From the NCBI GenBank assembly GCA_016342715.1, contig JAEINW010000002.1, positions 740 through 64,739 on the forward strand: a stretch of DNA of 64,000 bases, in the 5' to 3' direction. Under the pieces are notes generated by a model. It was not told where the DNA came from. It worked only from the letters and a program-made list of their open reading frames with translations, and searched no databases. The stretch is from Salinivirgaceae bacterium. Its GTDB lineage: Bacteria > Bacteroidota > Bacteroidia > Bacteroidales > SZUA-534. Shown here in pieces: positions 15,730 to 24,027 of the stretch (position 1 is the first letter of the stretch; every line of letters starts with the position of its first letter). Both the position numbers and the translations under genes were made by a program.

Positions 15730-17097
15730 ATGAGAACAAAGATTTATAGTAAACTTCTGGTTATTTTTATCCCTTCGATATTTTTAACATATTCTTGTAA
15801 ATATGATTCTTATGCAGATCCAAAAACTGAAGAACCAACTGTTACCGTAGCATCATGCGAAGGATGTCATACAGATTATGACCACCTTAAAACAGTTTAT
15901 TCACCAGACACCGTTGCTCCTGCCGGAGGTTGTGGTGGAGAAGCTCCACATTATGAACCCTATGACCGAGTTTATATGGGTGGTGAAGGATATGAAGCCT
16001 ATAAATTATCTGGTCATTATAACATGGGCTGTGTAGCTTGCCATAATGGAACCGATAATACCGATGATAAAACCATAGCGCATTCGGGAGATTTTTTAAG
16101 ACATCCATCAGCCGAAGCAGATGAAAAATGCGGAATCTGTCATGGTTCAATCGTTAATAATTTTAAAACGAGTATACATAATGGTACCGGACAAAAAAGA
16201 AAGGTTGCTATCCGCAGTGGTGTAAATAATACCAGTTCTCAAGATTTTGATAAATTACCAGCACATCAGATAGAAGGGTATACTGCAAATTGTGCCACCT
16301 GTCATGGTACTTGCGGCAATTGTCACATTGTTAGACCAAGTGCAGCTGGTGGTGGATTAGCCAACGGACACCTGTTTAACAAAACTCCTGATATGAATAA
16401 GGTTTGCATAAAATGTCACTCATCGCGAGGTGCTCATGCTTTCTTGGGAGTTGCTCCAGGAACGGTTCCCGATGTTCATCTTACAAAAAAGGGTTACGAT
16501 TGTAATACTTGTCATTCAGGCACAGAACTTCATGGAGACGGAGTAGCTGTTGAACAACGATATGCTTATTCAGAATTGCCTGAATGTGAGGATTGTCATG
16601 GTGATGTGAGTACAAATAATACTTACCACAGTATGCATGCCGATGATTTTAATTGTCAGGCATGTCACTCTCAGGACTATAACAATTGCGGTAGTTGTCA
16701 TATTCATGGCGACGGGGCTCGTATTCCATCATACCAAGGTTTTAAAATAGCACTCAATCCAATACCGGATATCAAAACAGAATATAAATACGCTTTGGTA
16801 CGTCGCACTTTATCGGCACCCGATAGTTGGAAAGAATATGGTGTTGATGAAATGGAGAATTTTGATGCATTACCCACTTATAATTACACAACACCACATA
16901 ATATTCTAAAATGGACATCCAGAACAACGATTGAAGATGGACAAAGTTGTAGCTACAATTGCCACATTAGAAATGAAGATGGGGTTTATGTGAATAAAGA
17001 ACTTTATTTATTTAACGAAGACCTTTTAGATTGGGAAGTTAATGCAACGCAATCAATTACTGTAGATAATGACCTGCCAGATGGTTGGTTAAAATAA
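15730..17097 (+). CDS. multihaem (deca-haem) c-type cytochrome lipoprotein
   Basis: Lipobox 'LTYSC'. Ten CXXCH motifs (CEGCH, CVACH, CGICH, CATCH, CGNCH, CIKCH, CNTCH, CEDCH, CQACH, CGSCH) plus a CX3CH-like 'CSYNCH'. Confidence 0.85.
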   Translation: MRTKIYSKLLVIFIPSIFLTYSCKYDSYADPKTEEPTVTVASCEGCHTDYDHLKTVYSPDTVAPAGGCGGEAPHYEPYDRVYMGGEGYEAYKLSGHYNMGCVACHNGTDNTDDKTIAHSGDFLRHPSAEADEKCGICHGSIVNNFKTSIHNGTGQKRKVAIRSGVNNTSSQDFDKLPAHQIEGYTANCATCHGTCGNCHIVRPSAAGGGLANGHLFNKTPDMNKVCIKCHSSRGAHAFLGVAPGTVPDVHLTKKGYDCNTCHSGTELHGDGVAVEQRYAYSELPECEDCHGDVSTNNTYHSMHADDFNCQACHSQDYNNCGSCHIHGDGARIPSYQGFKIALNPIPDIKTEYKYALVRRTLSAPDSWKEYGVDEMENFDALPTYNYTTPHNILKWTSRTTIEDGQSCSYNCHIRNEDGVYVNKELYLFNEDLLDWEVNATQSITVDNDLPDGWLK

Positions 17098-17135
17098 TAC
17101 ACATTTATATAATCAAAAACTAAAACAATTTTATT

Positions 17136-18140
17136 ATGAAAAAAGTTAATATTTTATTATTTGGATTCTTATTTGGATTCTTATTCATAACAACATCATG
17201 TAGTAAAGATGATGATGAAGTTATAACACCCGTTGAAACAAAATCAGAAGCTCAGATTCTTGTAGAGTATCTTGAGGCAAATGGAGACTATGCAAATACT
17301 TACCTTCCAGCTATTATATCTGCTGCAGATATTAAAGCTGCTATGGCAACAAATACTGTATTTATAATTGACATTAGAGGAGCTACAGCATACGATACAG
17401 CACATATCGACTATGAGCATATAGCTAATATTCCTGTTGCTAATTTATTAACATATACATCTGAAAATGATTTATCATCATACGAAAAAATTGCTGTTGT
17501 ATGTTATACAGGACAAACTGCAGGTTATGCAACCACCTTATTGCGCTTATCAGGGTTAGACAATGCCTTTGCAATGTTATATGGAATGAGCTCATGGCAT
17601 GCTGATTTTGCTGGTAGTTGGAATACTAATACAGGTAGTTTGTATTCAATTCAGTTTGAAAAAGATGCAGTTGAAAAAGGGCCTATGGGTGATTTGCCAA
17701 CTCTATCAACTGGAAAAACTGAGGCTATTGATATTTTAGATGCACAAATTAACTCTGTGCTAGCAGGAGAATTCTCGGGAGCAGCTATTACTAACACCAT
17801 GGTGATGGATAATCCAGAAAATTATTATGTGGTAAATTATTGGGCTGCAGAAGATTATAACAAATATGGTCACGTACCAGGAGCCATTCAATATACACCA
17901 AAAGAAAGTATGTCTCTTGAGACTGATTTAACAACATTACCCACTGATAAGACTATTGTTGTTTACTGCTGGACTGGACAAGGTAGTGCTGCATTAACCA
18001 CCTATTTGAAAGTTTTAGGTTACGATGCTAAATCTTTAAAATTTGGAGCTAATGGAATGATATACAACGATCTTGAAGCAGCTCACCAATGGAGCGAAGC
18101 TTCTATTGCAGGTTATGATTACTGGCATCAATTGAAATAG
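17136..18140 (+). CDS. tandem-rhodanese (sulfurtransferase-like) lipoprotein
   Basis: Lipobox 'ITTSC'. Two rhodanese modules with cysteine loops 'CYTGQTA' and 'CWTGQGS'. Confidence 0.85.
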   Translation: MKKVNILLFGFLFGFLFITTSCSKDDDEVITPVETKSEAQILVEYLEANGDYANTYLPAIISAADIKAAMATNTVFIIDIRGATAYDTAHIDYEHIANIPVANLLTYTSENDLSSYEKIAVVCYTGQTAGYATTLLRLSGLDNAFAMLYGMSSWHADFAGSWNTNTGSLYSIQFEKDAVEKGPMGDLPTLSTGKTEAIDILDAQINSVLAGEFSGAAITNTMVMDNPENYYVVNYWAAEDYNKYGHVPGAIQYTPKESMSLETDLTTLPTDKTIVVYCWTGQGSAALTTYLKVLGYDAKSLKFGANGMIYNDLEAAHQWSEASIAGYDYWHQLK

Positions 18141-18160
18141 TTGTTATATAATTTATCCTT

Positions 18161-18194
18161 AAAAAAGGTTGCCATTATTTGGCAACCTTTTTTA
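18161..18194 (+). terminator. rho-independent terminator after the rhodanese gene
   Basis: AAAAAAGGTTGCC-ATTATTT-GGCAACCTTTTTT. Confidence 0.75.
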
Positions 18195-18278
18195 TATACT
18201 TCTCATTTTAAATTACCAAGTGAAAAATTTATTTCTACAAATTCAAATAATCAAATCTAATACAAAATATATTATCAC

Positions 18279-18313
18279 AAAAAAACCTCGCATTAGATTT
18301 CTCCTTTGCGAGC
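18279..18313 (-). terminator. terminator-like hairpin after the PiT gene
   Basis: The minus strand reads CTCGCA-(14 nt)-TGCGAG followed by GTTTTTTT. Confidence 0.5.
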
Positions 18314-18364
18314 TTTCTGGGTAAGTAAAAACTTTTTTGTACCCTTCCTATTTGTTTTTAAATA

Positions 18365-20602
18365 TTAATATTCCTCTTTCGTCATTAGGTTAAAATCACG
18401 CTGTGCCTTCACCATATTTATTGTAAAAAGCATTAAGTTTTTTAACTCACCCATTAAATTCATATAAAGCATACTATTTCTGGTTCCCACTTCTTTATTC
18501 TTAATACGCTTAATTTGAGCTTTTCTATAGGTTTTAATACCATCCAAAATATCACTTTGCATTTTTATAGCACTATCTAATGCATCGTATTTTTCTTCTT
18601 TTATAATAGTATCTAAAGCTGCTGAAAAATCATTTATTTTTATTACCAAGTTCGACAATTCTTCCTTTTGCACTTCAGCAATAGCCTTATGTTGATTATC
18701 AACATGTTTTAAAATTGGTTCGATAATAAAGGAAGTACAATGTGCAATTTCTCGCTGATAATCGAGTACCTGAACATAAAAATGACCCGTTTCAAGACTT
18801 GCCTTATTTAGCTTTTCCAACATTTTATAAATGTTGTCTTTGTTCTTTTTGGTTTTATCATTCAAATCAGCAACATTCTTTTTCTGCTGCTTAAGCATTT
18901 TCAAATCCTCAGTAATTAATCCATTCACCGCAGAATTTAAAATATCGCTAACATCAGAAATAATTGATGACGAAACTTTATTACATTTTTTTAGTACTTT
19001 TTCAACCGTATCTTCTGCCTCTTCAACCTTGTCCATCACTTTTTCGGCTTCTTTCTTTTTATGCGTTTTATGTGTTTTAATTAATGCGTATATGGCTATC
19101 GCTAACAAAACTAATACCGCAACTATTTTTGCCCAAACAATAAACATGGCAAGAATAAAAGCCACCGTAAAAGCAATCATGGCTGTCATAAACCATCCAC
19201 CAATTACAGCAAATACACCAGTAATTCTATAAACAGCGCTATCTCTTCCCCATGCTCCATCGGCCAACGATGTACCCATGGCAACCATAAATGTAACATA
19301 AGTAGTTGACAATGGTAGCTTTAAAGATGTCGCAAATGAAATAAGTATTGAAGCCACTGTTAAATTTACAGATGCCCTAACTAAATCGAACATTGGAGGA
19401 TTTTCTTCTTTGTTAATCCGTTTTTTATATTCCGTTTGATCAAACCTCTTACGTATACTGTTCGACACACGTTCAGGAATAATTTTACTAAAAAATGTAT
19501 TTGAAGCTACCGAACGCCTAACCAACATACGAGCTATAAATGAAGACCCAAAACGCTCATAGCCTTCATCTTGCCTCGATAAATTTAGCTCTGTTTCAGT
19601 TACCGAACGTGCTTTTTTGCTAAACCAAAGTGTAACAACCATTATACCTCCGGCAATTACTAAAAAGTATGAAGGGGTTTGAACATTGTTAGCCAGTCCT
19701 TCCATTAAAATATCATTTCCACCATTTAATTGGAATTGTTTAAACGACTCAAAACCAGCCAAAGGAACTCCAATAAAGTTAACCAAGTCGTTTCCGGCAA
19801 AAGCCATAGCTAAAGCAAAGGTTCCAACCAATACAATGACTTTGAGAATATTTATTTTAAACATCCAATTTAATAATTGAAGTATTACTGCCCAAGCAAC
19901 AAAGCTCATTGCGAGAATTTGCAAGGCATTATCTTTAATGTATATTTTCATATCATCGGTCATAAACGTTGCGCTTTTTGCACCTTTTATGAGAATGAAA
20001 TAAGTAATGGAAGCTATTGCAATACCACCCCAAATAGCTCCGAAAAATTTCATCGGTCTATTATAATTAAATGTAAATAATACACGGCTTATCCATTGAA
20101 CAAGCATACCTACGGTAAAAGCAACCACCACGGATAACAAAATACCGGAAATAATAGCCAGCGCTTTACTGGAATTAATGTATTCCGATAATTCCAATGC
20201 CTCTGGTTGAGTTGCAATTTTATATACCGCAACAGCAACTGCAGCACCCAACAATTCAAACACAATGGATACGGTGGTAGATGTTGGTAAACCTACCGTA
20301 TTAAAAAAGTCTAATAACAAAATATCTGTAATCATTACGGCCATAAAAACAACCATAATTTCAGTAAAGTAGTAATTCTGAGGATGAAAAATTCCCTTTC
20401 TAGCTACTTCCATCATACCATTTGAAAAGAGTGCACCGGCAAGTATACCTAAACTTGCAATTATCATAATTACTTTTCTTGAGGCCACTTTTGAACCAAT
20501 GGCAGAGTTAAGGAAATTAACGGCATCATTGCTAACGCCAACAATTAAATCGGAAATTGCCAGAGCAAATAATACTACAACAAAAAATAAATATATGTCC
20601 AT
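18365..20602 (-). CDS. inorganic phosphate transporter (PiT/PHO4 family) with a C-terminal coiled, PhoU/DUF47-like extension
   Basis: 'GVSNDAVNFLNSAIGSK' and 'AGNDLVNFIGVPLAG' PHO4 repeats. About 230-aa hydrophilic helical C-terminus. Confidence 0.85.
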   Translation of the reverse strand: MDIYLFFVVVLFALAISDLIVGVSNDAVNFLNSAIGSKVASRKVIMIIASLGILAGALFSNGMMEVARKGIFHPQNYYFTEIMVVFMAVMITDILLLDFFNTVGLPTSTTVSIVFELLGAAVAVAVYKIATQPEALELSEYINSSKALAIISGILLSVVVAFTVGMLVQWISRVLFTFNYNRPMKFFGAIWGGIAIASITYFILIKGAKSATFMTDDMKIYIKDNALQILAMSFVAWAVILQLLNWMFKINILKVIVLVGTFALAMAFAGNDLVNFIGVPLAGFESFKQFQLNGGNDILMEGLANNVQTPSYFLVIAGGIMVVTLWFSKKARSVTETELNLSRQDEGYERFGSSFIARMLVRRSVASNTFFSKIIPERVSNSIRKRFDQTEYKKRINKEENPPMFDLVRASVNLTVASILISFATSLKLPLSTTYVTFMVAMGTSLADGAWGRDSAVYRITGVFAVIGGWFMTAMIAFTVAFILAMFIVWAKIVAVLVLLAIAIYALIKTHKTHKKKEAEKVMDKVEEAEDTVEKVLKKCNKVSSSIISDVSDILNSAVNGLITEDLKMLKQQKKNVADLNDKTKKNKDNIYKMLEKLNKASLETGHFYVQVLDYQREIAHCTSFIIEPILKHVDNQHKAIAEVQKEELSNLVIKINDFSAALDTIIKEEKYDALDSAIKMQSDILDGIKTYRKAQIKRIKNKEVGTRNSMLYMNLMGELKNLMLFTINMVKAQRDFNLMTKEEY

Positions 20603-20849
20603 TTTTTAGATTTTAATTACCTTCCAAAATTACCTGAAATTGACTGTTTCAATGTTAAATTATTGTTACCAAATAATTAAGACTTTGGACTAAAACTCAA
20701 CGAAAACAAATTATAATTTACTAATTATTGATCACAATAAAAAGTTGGGGTTAAAATAAAAGCACCTTGATGTTAATATGAAATTATATGCATGCATCGC
20801 TTGTTGTTAACAACAAACAACTTAAAGCCTTGCCCTAAGTATAATGTTT

Positions 20850-20875
20850 ATGGCTTTCAGCCATCCTTTTTTTTT
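20850..20875 (+). terminator. orphan terminator-like module (hairpin + T9) with no + strand CDS upstream
   Basis: ATGGCT-TTC-AGCCAT-CC-TTTTTTTTT, preceded by CCCTAAGT at 20833-20840. The same layout occurs at 60290-60329. Confidence 0.5.
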
Positions 20876-21026
20876 AGGGTTTCGCCCGAAGTCATTTAGT
20901 AGGAAGCGTATGAAGAGCCTTTCATTCCATTAATAAGTATAAAATAAGTAATAGCAGTAATAGCTATCACTGCCCATATACCGCAATTTTTTACTTATTC
21001 GTAGTAAGAAAATAATTCTAATTATG

Positions 21027-21968
21027 TTAACTTTTATACTTATTAAAAATCAAACTATTTTGAAATTTTTCAAAAATATTTGAGCCCTTATTGATATTAT
21101 AAAGCACTTTAAGTGAGGATGGATTTATTTTCACCTCAATCTCATTAGAAAAATGAATAGGTTCACCATCAATATGAGCTTGAATATTTTCTTTCGATTT
21201 TATTTTTATAATTTTTCCCGAAATAATATTCATATATTTTGATTTATCTAACTTTTTATTAAAAAGTTTCACTGCCAATTGTCCTGCTTCAACTTTTGGG
21301 AATTCACTCATCACACACACATCAAGCAGGCCATCATTAATTAAAGCATTGGGCGAAATATACGCATTGTTACCAAATTGAGCAGAATTGGCAAAACTGA
21401 TAACAAATGCTTTTCTATTAAAAATTTGCCCATCAATTTGAATATCGTAATATTTTGGCTCATATTTCATAAACTCTTGTGTAGCCACTTTAACATATGG
21501 CAGAGGTCCACGTTTTTTTGTATTTGCATATAGATGAGCTACATGTGCATCAAATCCGATTCCAGCAACGTTTACAAACAACTCGTCATTAATAGTTGCG
21601 GTATCAATAACTTGCGTTTGTAACTGATTTATTATTTCAACAGATTCGCTAACATTCATGGGCAATAGCAAATGTCTTGCTAAACCATTACCTGAACCCA
21701 TAGGAATAATTCCCATAATTGTATTACTATTTACCAGCCCACGAGCTACTTCGTTTACTGTACCGTCCCCTCCTACTGCAACCACATAATCAAATTTACC
21801 TCTAGCTTCACTGCTAATAATTGCAGCATGTCCACCATATTCGGTATAAGTTATATGGTATGAAAATAGCGATTTATCAATTGTTTTGTCAAGTACCTGC
21901 TGAAAATTTTGCTGTTTTCCGGTTCCTGAAATAGGGTTAACAATAAATAGAATTTTTTTACTACCCAT
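21027..21968 (-). CDS. diacylglycerol kinase-family lipid kinase (YegS-like)
   Basis: 'ILFIVNPISGTGK', 'VAVGGDGTVNEV', 'GIIPMGSGNGLAR'. The ATG at 21968 is preferred over the upstream TTG at 21983. Confidence 0.85.
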   Translation of the reverse strand: MGSKKILFIVNPISGTGKQQNFQQVLDKTIDKSLFSYHITYTEYGGHAAIISSEARGKFDYVVAVGGDGTVNEVARGLVNSNTIMGIIPMGSGNGLARHLLLPMNVSESVEIINQLQTQVIDTATINDELFVNVAGIGFDAHVAHLYANTKKRGPLPYVKVATQEFMKYEPKYYDIQIDGQIFNRKAFVISFANSAQFGNNAYISPNALINDGLLDVCVMSEFPKVEAGQLAVKLFNKKLDKSKYMNIISGKIIKIKSKENIQAHIDGEPIHFSNEIEVKINPSSLKVLYNINKGSNIFEKFQNSLIFNKYKS

Positions 21969-22025
21969 TATAATTAAATGCAAATAAAATGAATCACAAA
22001 AATAAAATAAAAGCTCCGTAATTCA

Positions 22026-23924
22026 TCACTTTTTAACATACATTTTATTTTTACTCATACGTGTATTAAACTGTTGAATAATTCCTTTTAAAAGTCTCTC
22101 AGCCTCAATCACTTCCATTAGAATGTTATTTTCAAGATCAATTGATTCCGATTGATTTTTGAATAATTTTTCTGCAGCAATAACTTCTTCCCCATTAAAA
22201 TGGATGGTAATATCTTTATAGATAAATTGATAAATCCCATTCACATATGAAATGGCATACCTAGGTTCATTTTTACAAAAAATACTAGATCCTAAAGAAA
22301 GGAAAGGCTGTGAATAGCCTAAATAATCTAAAACAGATGGAAATATATCAGCGTGTTGAACCGGGGTGTTAATATCAAAGCGCATGGTAGAATCTCCTGG
22401 AGCATAAAAAACAATGGGAACAGCGTATTTTCCAGCATTTTTCTTGTAAAATGTGCCCTTTGCTTGTGCGGTATGATCGGCAGTTAGTATAAATAAGGTG
22501 TTATTAAACCATGGTTTTGTAGTTGCTGTTTTAAAAAATAATTTAAGTGCATAATCAGCATATCCTATACTCTCCAAATTAACCAGCTCCCCCTTTGGAA
22601 ATTTTTCAGTATATTTTTCAGGAATTTTATAAGGATGATGCGAACTCAATGTGAAAATAGTTGAAAAAAAAGGTGTTTTATTTTTAGTTAATTCATTGGC
22701 AAAATATTGCAAATAGGCTTCGTCAAAAATTCCCCAACTTCCATCATAATCTTCAAGCGAAGGATAATCTTCCATTCCATAATAGTTTGAAACACCCGCT
22801 AATTTTGTAAAATAATTAAAGCCCATGGTACCAGTTTTGCCTCCATGATAAAACGAGGTGTTGTAACCATTGCTCGATAATATACCACCTAAACTTTCAA
22901 TTGTATTTGCGGCGTACGATGAAGTAATAAATGCGTTGTCCATTAAAACAGGCAAACTAGTTAAAATAGCAGGCAAGGCATCCAACGATCGTTTTCCATT
23001 GGCATATGCATTTGTGCAAACAACTCCTTGTTGCATTAAAGAATCTAAAAAAGGAGTATAGCCTATAGTATCGTTTAAAAATCCACTATATTCTTTACCA
23101 AAACTTTCCAGAATAAGAATAACAACATTCTTCTTATGAAATTCATTATGCTTATAATCATGAATTGGGTTAAAAACATCAACAATTTCAGTAGCGGAAT
23201 AATATTTAGGATTTTGTAAATTTTGTCTACCTACAGTTTTAACAATGGTAAATGGCGAATTTAACACTAAAGCTAAATGTTCTGGTTTAGCATATCGAGC
23301 AGCCGTTAATATACCAATAGGTTTTAATTGTAGTCCTCCTCTACCTCCAATAATCACTAAACCAAGAAACACGCTCATAAATAATAATTGAAAGACAAAA
23401 GATCGTGTGTTAAACTTAAAGTCTTTAATATTATATTTTAATACTGGATTGAATTTAATAAAGAGCCATACGCCAACGAAAAAACCAAGAAATAAAAACC
23501 AATAATCTTTTAAAAAGTCCGGTAATAAGGTAAAAAAATCATGACCCAACCATTCTTTGCTAAAATAGTCAGCAGTAAGTCTTTTGCCTTCGAATTCAAA
23601 AAAAGAAAAGTCAACAATGTTTGGAATAAGAATGGCAATATTTACAACAATAAACAAGTATTTTAAAGCTTTTTGATACCAATCATATTTTTGAACAATA
23701 ACAGGTAACACACTAAAAAAAACAAGAGGTAAGTTAAGCAAACAAATAATAGCCCAATCGAAACGAAGCCCAAAAAACAGGTGCATTAACACTTGACCAA
23801 TATTTAATTCAGTAAAATATTTAATATTTACAAAATAAAAAATTACTCTGGTAAGCATTAACAATGCCAAGGCTATACCCAATCTTTTAAAAAGTAATAC
23901 TTGTAGTTTTATATATAAATTCAT
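22026..23924 (-). CDS. LTA-synthase/phosphoglycerol-transferase family membrane protein (sulfatase fold)
   Basis: Five N-terminal TM helices followed by an alkaline-phosphatase/sulfatase-type domain ('VVILILESFGKEY', 'LFILTADH'). Confidence 0.8.
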   Translation of the reverse strand: MNLYIKLQVLLFKRLGIALALLMLTRVIFYFVNIKYFTELNIGQVLMHLFFGLRFDWAIICLLNLPLVFFSVLPVIVQKYDWYQKALKYLFIVVNIAILIPNIVDFSFFEFEGKRLTADYFSKEWLGHDFFTLLPDFLKDYWFLFLGFFVGVWLFIKFNPVLKYNIKDFKFNTRSFVFQLLFMSVFLGLVIIGGRGGLQLKPIGILTAARYAKPEHLALVLNSPFTIVKTVGRQNLQNPKYYSATEIVDVFNPIHDYKHNEFHKKNVVILILESFGKEYSGFLNDTIGYTPFLDSLMQQGVVCTNAYANGKRSLDALPAILTSLPVLMDNAFITSSYAANTIESLGGILSSNGYNTSFYHGGKTGTMGFNYFTKLAGVSNYYGMEDYPSLEDYDGSWGIFDEAYLQYFANELTKNKTPFFSTIFTLSSHHPYKIPEKYTEKFPKGELVNLESIGYADYALKLFFKTATTKPWFNNTLFILTADHTAQAKGTFYKKNAGKYAVPIVFYAPGDSTMRFDINTPVQHADIFPSVLDYLGYSQPFLSLGSSIFCKNEPRYAISYVNGIYQFIYKDITIHFNGEEVIAAEKLFKNQSESIDLENNILMEVIEAERLLKGIIQQFNTRMSKNKMYVKK

Positions 23925-23975
23925 TCTCTACATTTTTGCTGCTGCAAATGTAAAAATTTATCATCTATGAATATG

Positions 23976-24004
23976 AAAAAAGGCAACCAAATTGGCTGCC
24001 TTTT
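23976..24004 (-). terminator. terminator after the decarboxylase operon
   Basis: The minus strand reads AAAAGGCAGCC-AATT-TGGTTGCCTTTTTT (one mismatch in the stem). Confidence 0.6.
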
Positions 24005-24027
24005 AATGATATCTAAAAATTAACAAT

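Noticed and set aside
18831-20080. Plus-strand ORFs 18831-19232, 19686-19880 and 19877-20080 inside the PiT gene. Analogous antisense ORFs lie inside mmdB (24215-24850), ftcD (41043-42709), ftsK (53096-53920), susC and other genes.
   Set aside because: They are antisense shadow ORFs nested in long genes that have strong family motifs. None has its own start context or recognisable domain.
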